Positions 1 to 12,900 of a DNA stretch of 63,997 nt are shown here, piece after piece. Each line of letters opens with the position of its first letter. The stretch's first letter is position 1. The DNA is from Paraspadella gotoi. Lineage: Eukaryota; Animalia; Chaetognatha. The notes beneath the pieces are model-generated. The model was not told the origin of the DNA and made no database searches. It was given only the letters and a program-made list of their open reading frames with translations. Where the stretch lies: assembly GCA_051294375.1 (NCBI GenBank), contig CM119270.1:21567532-21631528 (forward strand). The letters run 5' to 3'. The position numbers and the translations under genes are program-made.

Positions 1-608
1 GAAGAGAGAGAGCAGCCCAGTCTATTGACCTTTTTGACCTCTTGACTTCTTGATGACCCGACGAGATTTTTGATCCTTTGACGTCTTCGTGATCTCATCT
101 CATCTCATCTCATCTCAGCTGACCCGATTAAAGTTTCTCTTTTTCAATGGGCGGCCATGACGAGAGAAAAAGACCCTCGCTGCCAATTGGGAGCAGGGGA
201 AGAGTGGGGAGAGAGGAGGGGGAGGGAGAAATAGGACGGAGGGTAGAGAGAGAGAGAGAGAGACGAGAAAGAGAGAGAGAAGAGAGAGAGAAGGAGAGAG
301 AGAGAGAGAGAGAGACAGAGGAGAAATTATAATAGTCTTAAAAGGAGAGAGCAGAGCAGAAGAGAGAAAGAGACATGAGACGAAGAAAGAGAAGAAAGAG
401 AAATGTGAGGAAAGAGGAAGAACGGAAAGGGGCGAAAAGAGGAAGAGAAAGAGAAGAGGTTGTAAATATAATCAGCTAAGGAGCGGAAAGAGGAGAGAGA
501 GAAAAAAAAAGAGACAAGGGAAGAAAGAAGAGAAAGAGAAGCAAGGAAGAAGAGGGAGAGAGGGGGGAGGAAGAAATAGGGGTACGGAGAGTGAGAGAGG
601 AGGAGAGA

Positions 609-639
<31 letters not shown>

Positions 640-915
640 CCCTGCAGAGAGAGAGAGAGACAGGGAAGAAATCTAATAGCTTAAAAGGAGAGAGAGGAGA
701 GAGAGAGGAAAGAGACATGGGAAGAAGAGAAAGAGAGAAAGTTTGAGATTGAGAAAGAGAGAAAGATAGAGAAATGAGAGAAAGAGAGAGGTTGAAAATA
801 TAATAGCTTAAAAGGGAGAGAAGAGAAAAAAAGAAGACAAGGAGAAAGAGAGAGAAAGAGAAGTAAGGAAGAAGAGGGGAGAGATGGGGCGGAGGGAGAA
901 ATAGGGGGTAGGAGA

Positions 916-967
<52 letters not shown>

Positions 968-3527
968 AAGAGAGAAGAGAAATTTAGGATTCACGACGTG
1001 AATTTGGACTAAAAGTGAAGAAATGAAGACGAATTCGCTCAACGAACTTTTTCTCTCCTCTCTCATTAAGGAAGAAAAACGACTGAACAGGAGAGAGGAA
1101 GTGAGAGGGAGGAGGGGAGAGAGGGAGAAGAGGGTGGGGTAGAGGGAGGGAGGGAAAAAAAAAAGAGAAGAGAGGTAAAGATGGAGAGGTGAGGGGTAGA
1201 GGGAAGGAGAGAGGGAAGGGGGAGAAAGAAAAAGAAAGAAAAGAAAAGAAATGAAAGAAGAAAGAAAGAAAGAAAAAAGAAAAGAAAGAAAGAAGAAAGA
1301 AAGAGAAAGAAGAAAGAAAGAAGTAAATGAAGAGAGAGAGAAATAGAGAGAGAGGGATAGAGAGAAGACCAGAAAGAAGAGAAAGGGGAATGGGGAGAGA
1401 GAGAGAGCTAGGGATAAAAAATCGCGACCCGGCGGATTTCCGTCTCAGACTCTCGGTTCCGGAAATGTTGTTCTTACTATCCGCTGAGAGGAGGAGGAGA
1501 AGGAAGAGGAGGAAGGAGGAGGAAGAGGAAGGAGAGGAAGGGGATGGCAAAAAAAAAATTAATGGACATGGAGGTAGAGAAGAACGAAGAGAGATAGAGA
1601 CATGAGAGGAGAGATTAAATTGCGAGAAAAGAGAGAGAGGAGAGCGACATAATATTTAAAAGAAAGCAGAGAGAGAGAGCGACATATAATTTAAAATGTT
1701 TTGTTTGTAATAAAACATAAACAATACGAATATGTATGAAACGAGAATTTTTTAAGATCTTTGATCTAGAAGCCATATATGAAATTTCAACCCCCTATGA
1801 ATCACACTTTCAGAAGCGCATGATTGGCAAAAGAAGCGTGAACCGAGCTCAACCGAATCAAAATCTAGCCAGGACGGGCTTTGCCCGCCTGGCTGCGATC
1901 AATAGAGGATATTTGTTTGTTTGATAAAATGTAAACAAAACATTTAATAACTGTTCCTGACTCAATTTTAAGGACATGCGATGATACAAGCTGAATATAA
2001 ATTATAATTAATTAAATTAAAAATAATTAATTAATTAATCTATTAATTAATTAATTAATTAAGTCTACTTAATTTAATTAAATTATCGTCAGGCAGATCC
2101 GACATTGTTTGCTCAAACTTGTTTATTATTTATCAATATTTTTTTATAATATTGATTAACAAAGTTTGGAAATGTTTCGTCAAGATTTTTATTAGTATAA
2201 GGAACATGTTTGCGACTCTTCATTTCGAGTCTTCTCTCATCTCTCTCCCTTCTTTTACACAAATTTTGTTAATGCATCGATTACCGATGATGAGACTCGA
2301 ATGAAAGAGGTCGAAAACATGTCCTTATACTAATAAAAAATCGTTGACGAAACATTTAAACTTTGTTAAATCTCTATACTGCAACGAAGCCGAAGGTAAC
2401 AATGGCTAATATTATTAAATAATGGTTTTAAATCTTTTCTTTAATGCAGAACAGTAAAAAACAACTTTATATATTTTAGCTCCAGAGCTTTATATGCAAT
2501 AATCATTATTTTTAAAATTATTTACTTACCTTGTTTTCCTATTACCTGTTATTATTGATTTAATAATAATTTTATTGAATAATAGCAACATTTTGCCTGG
2601 CTTTATGATTCAATCCGCTCACAACTTCAAATAACAAAATTTAAATATCAAAATTAATAGCATATTTTGATAATTTTTAATATTGTTTTAATATTTGTTT
2701 ATTTCTTTTTATATAAACACTTATTTTATACAAAATTAAAAAATTTAAATAATTTATATCTATTCAAAATATTTTTTACATATAATTTTTTTTTAAATAA
2801 AATTTATTTTACAAGTCAAAAGTTATCTAAAAATTAAAAAAAGTGAGAAATGAATGACATCATTTAAATTGAATGTTTCTGGCAAAGAAAAATTCATAAA
2901 AAATTATTCGAAAATATAGTATTCATAAATGGTAAGACTTATCTTGACATTGTTATCTCAGAAAATAACATTTAATACAAAGTTCCGCACAATAATGTAA
3001 AAGTTTAACCGACAGTAAACCATTGGGACACACTGTAGTTACTCACTTCAGAGAGTTTAAAAAGTTGAAAATTTTTGACCTTTTTTCAAATTTTGACACT
3101 GAATAACAAAAAAATTTATGATAATTGTTTTATATTTTTGGTCTAATTTTTTAGCGAAAAAATCCTAAACATTAATAAAAATTAAAGAAAAATTTTATTT
3201 TGAAATTTATTATTTTATAAAGATAAATACTTAAAATATATTGGCATCACATAAAATACACGGGCTAAGAAAGTTATTTTAGGTAATACTGGCAGACTGG
3301 TAAGTCATTACTAAATGCTTCTTGTGCAGTGTTTCATACTTGTGTAGTCAGTTGAGACACACTCTGTCATATAGTTAGGCTGGAACCCCAAATCATTTAT
3401 ATTTCTTGTAATGTCTGGTTGTTTTGTAATGAAACTTTGCACAGTAGTGATCAACCAATAAAACTTTTTTTTTTAAATAAATTTTCTAATCATGTGATCA
3501 TATGGAAATACACATATAAATATACAA

Positions 3528-3800
3528 ATACTTAAGGGAGTGGTCTTTTCATCAATTGAAACATTCTTTGAAATATTTTCCACTTCATTGATAGGAGAGG
3601 CAGGTACTCTGGGAGTGAATAAACAGGACTGTCAGAGAGTTCTGATTGAAAGCTTGCAGGGAACCTGCTAATGTAATTATCTTGTACAGATGATGGAGGC
3701 CTTAAACCACCAAAGCCTGTCCAAAAGTCAGGGGCAAGATAGCTTATTTATTGAATGAATGGATAATTTTTTATATTGGTTGTACGCAATTTCATAAAAA
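3528..3800 (+). repeat. Isolated partial copy of the ~357-nt satellite unit
   Basis: ATACTTAAGGGAGTGGTCTTTTCAT...GATGGAGGCCTTAAACCACC...AAAGTCAGGGGCAAGATAG matches 62482-62770 and 62840-63135. Confidence 0.88.
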
Positions 3801-4096
3801 AAGAAAGTACTGTGGCGCAAAACATTGATGTACCGATATTTGTTTGTTTATGCAACAATTTTTATTTTAAAAAAGGAAATTTTAAACTTTAGACGTAAGT
3901 CTTTTCATTAGCGCAAAAAAATTTAATAAGTCATTTGTGAAATTTTTGACAAAGTATAAAGGTGCTCGAAACCGTGAAAGAGGGAGAGAGAATAGAGGTT
4001 TCCAAAAAATTAGAAAGACAGTGGGAGGTTTAAAGACAGGTTAAAAGAATAAGTACTTAAAAATCTTAAAAAGGCAATAGGGATGCGAGCCTGCTT

Positions 4097-4345
4097 TTGA
4101 TGATAACCAATATTGATGCGATGATAACCAAATATTGATGCAATGATAACCAAATATTGTTGGCGTGATAACCGAAGGATTGATGCGATGATAAACAAAT
4201 ATGGATAGCGATGATAGTCATTCATTGATGCGAATGATAGTCCTTCCATTGTCGATGATAACATTCAATTTGATAGCGATGATAGTCATTCATTGATGGA
4301 TGATATGTCATTCATTGATGCGATGCTAGTCATTCATTGACGTGA
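4097..4345. repeat. About 21-nt degenerate tandem repeat (GATGCGATGATAACCAATATT grading to GATAGTCATTCATT)
   Basis: Directly visible. Confidence 0.8.
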
Positions 4346-4355
4346 TGAGTTAATT

Positions 4356-4386
<31 letters not shown>

Positions 4387-5079
4387 TGATTGAGAGAGAA
4401 ATATAAGAGAAATAATAAATAATAATACAAAGTTTTTTAGAAAGAAAAAAAATAAAAATCCACGGAAATCTCGGAAATAAATTTGGGATTTTGTATTAAG
4501 AAAAAAGTGGCGTGTTAAATAAAATTGTTTTATTAGAGTGTGATGAAAGCATCATTAAATTTCTAATTTTTTTTCAATTGAAATAAGACTGAAGTCTTTT
4601 TGTTCATCTAGTTCAAAAATGAGGTTTGAAAAACCTAATTTTGCATATTATTGAAATGAATGAGATTGATATTGATTGTAATGAAATGAAAACTCGTCGC
4701 TATAAAAGCTTAAACTATTTTCAATAATAACGTCAAAAAAATATAATCTCTATTAAAAAATTATACTAGTTGACATAATCAGTTAACGACTATGATAATT
4801 TTTTGACTTCCAAATTATTTTTTTTACTTATTAAAATAAATTTTTATTCCTCATCTTAAAAAATTTTAAATCTTGAATGAAATTTTAGATTGTTACATTT
4901 TCTATTATAAAGGTTTGTTAATAGGACCAGTTCCGGTAAACGACAAATTCTTCTGATCAAATACATAACAACATTGTTTTCCAAAGGTGTTTTTTAGAAA
5001 TGATTAAACAAGTGACGTTTTTGCTTTTAATTTGACAGTTCATGGGAACTTTTTTATAGCAAGTTTAAAAAGAATTCGA

Positions 5080-5480
5080 GTTAAATCAGAAAAACCCAGA
5101 TGGTGAGTACTAGGATTTTGTCCAGGTGTGAATCAGGTCGTATGCAAAGGCCTTTAGCTAAAGAATTAGAGACTTGTAAAGAAAATGAGGAAACAGATAT
5201 TTTGATTAATGGTATAAATAAAACTGGACATTGAAGAGAGTTCGGATAAGTTTGAAGAAATTCTGGATATGGAAAACAAAACGGAAAGCAGTAAATTGAA
5301 CTTTTGTGATGAAAGTTCATGACGATGGTGCCAAGCAAGTTTGAAACTTTTTTAAAAAAAGGAAGCATAAGCATAGTCAGAGGAGAGACCTCTGATTATT
5401 AAATAAGATTTTCAATCAATTGTTTCAAAGTTGCAGACAGCCGTTTCGAAGAAAAATCAGATCTAGCCAAGGAGGTTGAT
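5080..5480 (-). mobile_element. Possible decayed Penelope-like retroelement fragment
   Basis: LIKISVSSFSLQVSNSLAKGL resembles the (V/I)NLS...L....L.KGL.F motif upstream of PLE reverse transcriptases. No RT core is visible. Confidence 0.25.
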
Positions 5481-6250
5481 TAGGGAGGCATTAGTTGGAG
5501 GACGTAAAATCTTACCTTGTGGGAATGGGCTATCAATTTGGGGAGACCCCATGGTTGGTTCATAGGCCCAGTGTTTGAAACACTACTTGATTTATTCGGG
5601 TTCTTTAAGTTGAATGTTTTTCCGTGAACTTTTGGAAAATCTCCTCACTTGAAACTACGAAGGCGGACATATGTTTATGGATAGCGCTGTGTGGCTGGTG
5701 AGGAAGAAGTGGACGTGCTACCCATTACCACATTGAGGCATTACGCCTATTTCCAATATCCGATTCCAAAACGTGTCCTTTTCTGTTTGATGGTCAAAAA
5801 GGTTGAAAGAACGAAATCCAGTCAACTCACCAATCACCGTGTAGACGCTTCTTCTCCGAGTTCATTCTCGTAACCATACATTGGAATCGGGATTATTGGA
5901 GAGGAGCTAGTTCTATTGTCTTCAAGCGCGATGCTGTCAAAGGAGATGGTCCGAGGTTCAAAATGCGGTGTTCTGGCTTTGGAGGAAAGGACTTAATTCC
6001 GTTCAATGGAGGACAAGAACATAGTGCATTATAAGAGTTAGGCGTGAGGCGTTATCGAAACTGATTTCCCTCTCCGATCGCACCAGAACGGAGAGGAAAA
6101 TCTCTCTGATCTATTGTCGGCAATTCGAACTTGAGGCTTTGGCTTTTGGTGAGAGTGTGATTTTAGATACCGGAGGATCTGGGTAACGATACAGTTGAAA
6201 ACTATAATACTCTANNNNNNNNNNNNNNNNNNNNNNNNNCATCGCTTCAG

Positions 6251-6357
6251 CGGCGTCCACCTGATTTTCCCGCCAAAATCAAATTCATCGCTTCGAGTTT
6301 TTTGTGATTTCGAGTCGGGTTCACCCTGGACTGTGATTCAGAGGAGAAGCGGTGAAG
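6251..6357 (+). CDS. Fibrinogen-related domain (FReD) protein, first visible exon (5' part of gene lost in gap)
   Basis: Acceptor TTCAG at 6246-6250. Translates (S)GVHLIFPPKSNSSLRVFCDFESGSPWTVIQRRSGE, containing the FBG motifs VFCD and WTVIQRR. Phase-1 donor GAAG|GTGAGG. Confidence 0.88.
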
Positions 6358-6802
6358 GTGAGGGGAAGAGGAGGAGGAAGAGGAGTAGGGGTAGGGGGGG
6401 TTGGCATATGGGGAAAAGAGAGTTAGAGTAAGTTAGGGTAAGTGGTCCAGAGAATTTAACAGGAAGTCAGCTAGTGAAATGAAATTTTAATTATCATCTT
6501 GTAAGAAGGATGAAAGAATATGTATTTATTTATTTATATATTTATTTATATATTTATTTATTTAAATTATTGATTGAATGGGTTTTTTTATATTGGTTGT
6601 ATGATTTTTAAAGTTAGATTTGAAAAAAATATTTAAAAAAATATAACCGAATAAAAAAAAATTAATAATAAATAAATAGAAAACAATATTTTATAAAATG
6701 ATATAATAAGAATATGAAGTATACATTGTATACTATACAAAGTATAATAAAAATCATATGTTTCTTTTATCTTAAATGTTTTGTCCTTTTATTCTTTTTA
6801 AG

Positions 6803-6906
6803 CCTTAAACTTTGACCGGAAGTGGGATGATTACGTTAACGGATTCGGGAAAGTAGAAGGAGATCACTGGCTGGGGTTGGTCAATATTCACCATCTCGTC
6901 TCACAG
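6803..6906 (+). CDS. FReD protein exon
   Basis: Pyrimidine tract plus AAG acceptor; phase 1 matches the previous exon. Translates ALNFDRKWDDYVNGFGKVEGDHWLGLVNIHHLVSQ (canonical F.R.W..Y..GFG...G..WLG motif). Weak donor CAG|GTCAAA. Confidence 0.92.
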
Positions 6907-7262
6907 GTCAAATTTGTGAAAAGTATTAAAAAAAACAATTACAATACAAAATAAAAAAGAGATAGAGTGAAATAGTGAGTGAGAGAGAGAGAAAGAGAGA
7001 TAAAGTGTGACAGTGAAAGAGATAGTGTGAGAGAGAGAGGAGAGAAAGAGAGAGAGAGTGAGAGAGAGTGGTGTGAGAAAGAGTGAGAATATAGAAATAG
7101 AGTGAAATTCTGTGAGAACAAGAAAGAAGAAGAAGAAGAAGAAGAATAGAAGAAAGATAAAAGACGAAGTCGAAGAAGAGAACAGAGAGAGAGAGAGAAG
7201 AGAGAGAGACGAGAAAGAGGGAAGGGAGAGAGAGAGTGAGTTGAGAGTGAGAAAGAGGAGAG

Positions 7263-7300
<38 letters not shown>

Positions 7301-7343
7301 AGAGTTCATTAAAAGAGAAAAGAAGATCCTCCCTCTACTTCAG

Positions 7344-7582
7344 CGCCCCTCCCGCCTTCCGCATCGGAATGTTGGCCCGATTGGAGAGCAAACAATTGGA
7401 TTCGCGATTTCTCTTATCCGTCGACGTCGGCGACGAATCCTCGGCCTTTCTTCTCCGCGTCGGCAATTACACCGGCAGCATCGGCAACGCCCTCGCCGGT
7501 GCAAACGGGAAGCGATTCTCCACCAAGGATCGAGACAATGACGACAGATGGAAGATCAATTGCGCGGAGGCGATGACGGGAG
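7344..7582 (+). CDS. FReD protein exon (5' part frameshifted, probably by sequencing indels)
   Basis: Acceptor CTACTTCAG. The 3' part reads VGDESSAFLLRVGNYTGSIGNALAGANGKRFSTKDRDNDDRWKINCAEAMTG (FST.DRDND...NCA motif). The 5' part needs frame changes to give RPSRL-RI-..DW. Phase-1 donor GGAG|GTGAGA. Confidence 0.88.
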
Positions 7583-8020
7583 GTGAGAGTAGCGGAGTCA
7601 CTTCAATATCATTTACATATTGGAGCAATTTAGATTATTCCTCATATCCTTTGTAGAAATCTTATTTTACTAATTTAACCATAATTTTAAAGGGTCAAAT
7701 AATGATGTAGTTTTCAAAGTAATACTTAGATGCTTAAATTTCATTGTAGTATTGTAGTTTTAATAATGGAAGTTTTTTTTTTATTCTAAGAAATTGTTTC
7801 ATGTTTGATAAAAAAATTATTATTGTTATAATATTGTTTGATAATAAAATACCACTGATATCAATATTTACATCCATTAATTCCTTTAATTTTAAGACTA
7901 ATATCTAACCCTAATTTCCTACCTGTCCCACCCGAAGTCCTTACTCCTTTACCCAATCCCTTACTTTATTACCCAATCCCAAACTTCACGGCTTTTGCGT
8001 AGTCGGGCATTGCCTAAGTT

Positions 8021-8257
8021 CACCCCGCCTATAAGCACGACTCAATCAGTCGTGACCCTTTGGCTCATTGAGTAAAGCCATCAGTTGAGTTCAATCCCAA
8101 CCCGGTACCTACCCTGCTGTAAGCGTGGGGACCTCCGTAAACCTCCATGGGTCGTCGAAATAACTCATGCCCGGTTCCAAGCCCAGCTCCCGTTCCATGG
8201 CCAGAGTGAAGTTGTGGATAGTCATCTTCAGCCCACTTAGCTCCATCATTATCCACA
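8021..8257 (+). mobile_element. tRNA-derived SINE-like element, copy in FReD intron
   Basis: Head GTCGTGACCCTTTGGCTCATTGAGTAAAGCCATCAG with an A-box-like motif and a B-box-like GAGTTCAATCCC. Tail CCCACTTAGC...TTATCCACA is shared with other copies. Confidence 0.6.
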
Positions 8258-8328
8258 TTTGTACCCTAATTATTTAGCTTCTTATTCAATTACAAAGACC
8301 CTTTTTACAACACCCCTCCTCTCATCAG

Positions 8329-8525
8329 GATGGTGGTTCAGCGACTGCGGTCGGTCCAACCTCAACGGCGCCTACAAACCCATCGGCCCCGACGCCGGAA
8401 AATTGGTGGACGCCGCCCGGGGCGAACGCGTGCCCACTGGGCTGCATTGGGGCAATTGGGTCCCTTACGACTCAAATCCTTTTTACTCTTTTAAAGCGAC
8501 AGAGATAAAAGTGGCGCCAATTTGA
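8329..8525 (+). CDS. FReD protein terminal exon
   Basis: Acceptor CTCATCAG, phase 1 matches. Translates GWWFSDCGRSNLNGAY...GLHWGNWVPYDSNPFYSFKATEIKVAPI-stop (GWW...C..SNLNG.Y and G..W..W...YS.K...K motifs). Confidence 0.93.
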
Positions 8526-9937
8526 AAAAAAATATGGGGAGAATTGGGGTGTAGGAAAGGTGGTTAATTTAGGGTGGTTAGTTTAAGGTGGTTAATATAA
8601 AGCGACGGAGAGAAAAGTGGCACCGATTTGAAAATATGGGGAGAATTGGGGGTAGAAAAGGTGGTTAATTTTGGGAGAAGGAAATTAATGGTTAATGGTT
8701 AACTGTTAATGGTAAAGTTTGATGATCACACGGACTTCTGCATTGAAAGTTGTTATGAAGCGGATTTTAAAAATGTTTTCACTTTTTTTTTGTATTTATT
8801 TAACCACACATTGCAATTATCCAAAAAAATCTTGAAAATAATATATTTGTTAAAAAATTATATGGGATGTTGTAATGATATTTTTTGATTGTAATTTTTG
8901 GCACAGATTGTAAATTAGGACCAAGCAGATTTCTATTTATATTTTAATTGTTTCTATTATTCCGAAATGAGCTGTTGTAAGTCCCTGATGTCTTAAGGAA
9001 CGAACGAGATTGTTGTCGCGATCCGATTGTCACTTTATGGTCACGTGATTGAATTGATTTTGAATAAATTTATTTCATGTGTTTTACGCTTGTTTATATA
9101 ATCAGCGCTGCGTCTTATCTATACAGTATACACTCATACACAATTGGTTCAATTTTTATGCCTTTTTAAAAAACGATGGCTATTTCAAACAAATTCTTAA
9201 TTCTTAATGATATTTATTTTATTAAAATATATCCACTTTTAAGTTTCTTCATTACCCTCCCGAGACACTTTTAGCAAAAAAGGGAATGTGTTCCAGATTA
9301 GCAGAGCTTTTAATGGCACCAAAGCAATAAAATTCACAAATTAAAATTTAAGACCTTGAGAGAAAATTTGGTAATTAGAAACGCCGCTCTTTCTTTTTTC
9401 TTTCTTTCTTTCTTTCTTTCTTTCTTTTCTTTCTTTCTGTTCTTCTTCATTTTTTTCTTTTCTTTCTTTTCTTTCGTCCCCCTTCCCCTCTCCTTCCCTC
9501 TACCCCTCACTCTCTCCATCTTTACCTCTCTTCTCTTTTTTTTCCCTCCCTCCCTCTACGCCCCAACCCTCTCTCCCTCTCTCCCCTCACTCCCTCTCAC
9601 TCTGTTTGTCAGTCGTTTTTTCCTTCCTTAATGAGAAGAGGAGAGAAAAAGTTCGTTGAGCGAATGCGTCTTCATTTTTCTTCACTTTAAGTCCAAATTC
9701 ACGTCGTGAATCCTAAATTTTTCTCTCTTCTCTCTTCTCTCTTCTCCTCTCTCTCTCTCTCTCTCTCTTGTTACTCTTCTTCGCGTTGGCCAATAAATCT
9801 AATACGTTAAAGTCTGCACATATGCAAATATTTGACGTTATCCCGACTAAATAAAACGGCTATACCGAGACTTTTTAACTTTTACTTTTAACAGTTTTCA
9901 AAGTCGGANNNNNNNNNNNNNNNNNNNNNNNNNAAAG

Positions 9938-9970
<33 letters not shown>

Positions 9971-12900
9971 AAATAGAGAGAGAGGGATAGAGAGAGACAG
10001 AAAGAAAGAGAAAGGGGAATGGGGAGAGAGAGAGAGCTAGGGATAAAAAATCGGCACCCGGCCGGGATTTCCGTCTCAGACTCTCGGTTCCGGAAATGTT
10101 GTTCTTACCTCCCGCTGAGAGAGGAGGAGGAGAAGGAAGAGGAGGAGGAGGATTTGAGAGGAGGATTGGCAAAAAAAATTAATTGAGACAATGGAAGGTT
10201 AGAGAAGAAACGAAAGAGAGATAGAGACAGAGAGGAGAGAATTCAAATTGAGAGATAAAGAGAGAGAGAGACGAGATGAGAAAGATGTTGCGAGAAGAAG
10301 GAAAAGAGAAAGAAAGAAAAAGGAAAGAAGGAGAGAGAGAGATAGAGAGAGAGAGAAATGATTCTAATCAAGACAAATCGAATTTTCTTTGATTATTAAA
10401 CTAAACTTAATATCTCTTCTTACAGAGAAAATTAAGACGCCGTTCGTTCTTATTTATTAAAATCGTCGTCGTCGTCTTTGTCGTCGTCGTCGTTGTCGTC
10501 TTCGTTGACGTCGTCGTTGTCGTCGTCGTCATCGTCTTCTCTAATTTGATTTAATACAACATCAACTTAAAAAACAAAATAACCAACATAACGACAAAAA
10601 CAACAATAATAACAACTACGTTGACAACGACAACAACGACGACGACGACGGCCACCGCCCGGTAATTCGCCATAAATTCCCGAGTCAGCGGCCCAGTGTG
10701 CCACTTACCCTCCACTCCCCCTCGCCTCCCACCCAGCCCCCCTTCTTGGGTCCGGTCGTTGAATCCAAAGATCATGTTTCCTGCTTTTTGTTTCTTCCTC
10801 CAAAATTCCCTCATCCAAACCATCTTTCTCTTCTTCCTCCTCCTCCTCCTCCTCTTCCTCCTCCTCCTCTTTCCTTAATGTGGTCCCAAGAGTAAAATCT
10901 TATCCTGAAGTTACTTCGACTTGAGGAGGAGACTCGATTTGTTGGGAGAAAAGGGAGTGGAAAAGAGTGGAAGAGGGAGTGGAAATTGGTGGAAGAGGGA
11001 GTGGAAAATGGTGGAAGAATTTGAAAGAGGAAATGGAAAAAGGTTGAAGAGGGTGAGGAAAGAGGCGGTGGAAATGGGTGAAGAAGGAAGTGGAAATAGA
11101 AAGTGGAAAATGGTGAAAAAGGGAGTGGTAGAGAAATGGAAGGGTGGAAGAAGGTGGAAGATGGTGGAATAGCCTGGAAGAGGAAGTGGAAAAGAGTGGA
11201 AGAGGATGGAGGAAAATGGAATAGGGTGGAAGAGGAAATGGAAAAGAGTGGAAGAAAGTGGAAGAGGATGGAATAGGGTTGAAGAGGAAGTGGAAAAGAG
11301 TAGAAGAGAGTGGAAGAGAATGGAATAGGGTGGAAGAGGAAGTGGAAAAGAGTGGAAGAGGGTAAAATCGGATAGAAGTGAAATGGTGTGAAATGGTGGG
11401 AAGAGTGAAAAATAAGAAGAAAAGTGGTGAAAGAGTGAAATAGGCTGAAAGAGGTGAGTTTTCCTCACCCTTCCGTCCTCAAGTCTTCGTTGGCGAACAA
11501 CCATCTTTGCTATAACTTCTTATCCGCCCTTATCTTTGGCCTTCTACCGAAGCGCCCTTACTTTTGGCTCCGGTCCTTTTCTAATGAGGATTCGAAACTT
11601 ACCCAACGTCAAAGCGGAAATGATGACCAATAATAAGAGGAGGAGGAGGAGGAGGAGGAGGAAGAGGAGCAAAATTAGGAGGAGGAGGAAGAAAAGGAGG
11701 AGGAGGAAGAAGAGGAGGAAATAAGCAAGAGGAGGAGGAAAAGGAGGAGGAGGAAGAAGAGGAGGAGAAAAATGCATCCTATAACCATTAGCTGAAATAG
11801 TAAAATAAGAATTTTAGGAAAACCGAGTCAAAAGATATGAGAAATTAACTAAATTGAAGAACGAAAGTGAACCAGAAGTGAGTTCCTTCACAACAACAAC
11901 AACAACAACGACGACAACAACAATAACGGACGACACCGACCAACGACCAACGACGCCCAAAAAAGAAAAAAAACAAAAAAAAAACAAAAAAAAACAACAA
12001 AAAAACAAAAAAACAAAAAATAAAACAACGACAAACCAAATAATCACCGACAACAACAACATGTCGTCTTCCTCCTCCTCCTCCTCATCCTCCTCTCTTG
12101 GTCCTCGTAAATTCGGCGTCGAGGGTTTCGTCCCGAAGTCGGAGGTGGAATCCCTGATACTCGGGAGGATGAGGAGGAGGCAAGAGGCGAAAGGAAAGAG
12201 GGAGGTGGTAAAGGAGGGTGATAGGGGGAGGAATAGAAAGAGGAGAAGGGAAAGGAAACAGGAGTGAGAGGAGGAAGAGAAGGAAGGAGGAGGAGGAGAT
12301 GGCATAGGAAGGAGTTGGAGAGAGGAAGAGAGGGGAAAAGTGGGATTGAGGATGGGAGGGGAGGGAAGAGCAGGAGGAGGGAGCGGAGAAAGAAGACGGA
12401 GGGCTAGGAGAGGAGGAGGAAGCAAGAGGGACGAGGAAGAGGACCTTGGAGGGAGTGACCCGAGGAAAGAGTCAGGGCGGAAGAAAGTCGAGCCACATCC
12501 TTCAAAAGGATGCGACTCTTGGGATATGGAAGAGGGGGTGGGCCTAGGGTCGTTGAAGGGGAGGTTTAAGGGGAGGGTGGAGGAGGGGAAAGGGTAATTT
12601 AAGGGGAGGGATGGTGGATAGAAATTGGTATTAGAAATAATAAAAGATATTGAAACAAACTTTTGGCGAGTCTGAATATTAAAACAGTGGTCGGTTCGAC
12701 ACTAAAATTAGGCCTAAATCATTATTTGGCTTTCATAATGGATGGGTAAAAAGCGATAAATATATTTTCTAACTACGTCACAAAATATTTTACCTTACTA
12801 TTAAAATTATCCTAAAAAAACATGGCGATAGTATAGCGATTATGATAAATAATCTTAATTGTTGTAAGTTGTAGAGTACATTTATTTATATAGAATTTTA

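Noticed and set aside
476-1605. Long ORFs rich in S/L/F or R/E (also 19358-19986, 26005-26541, 43097-43554 and many more)
   Set aside because: They are translations of (GA)n and (GAAA)n microsatellites, which lack stop codons by composition.
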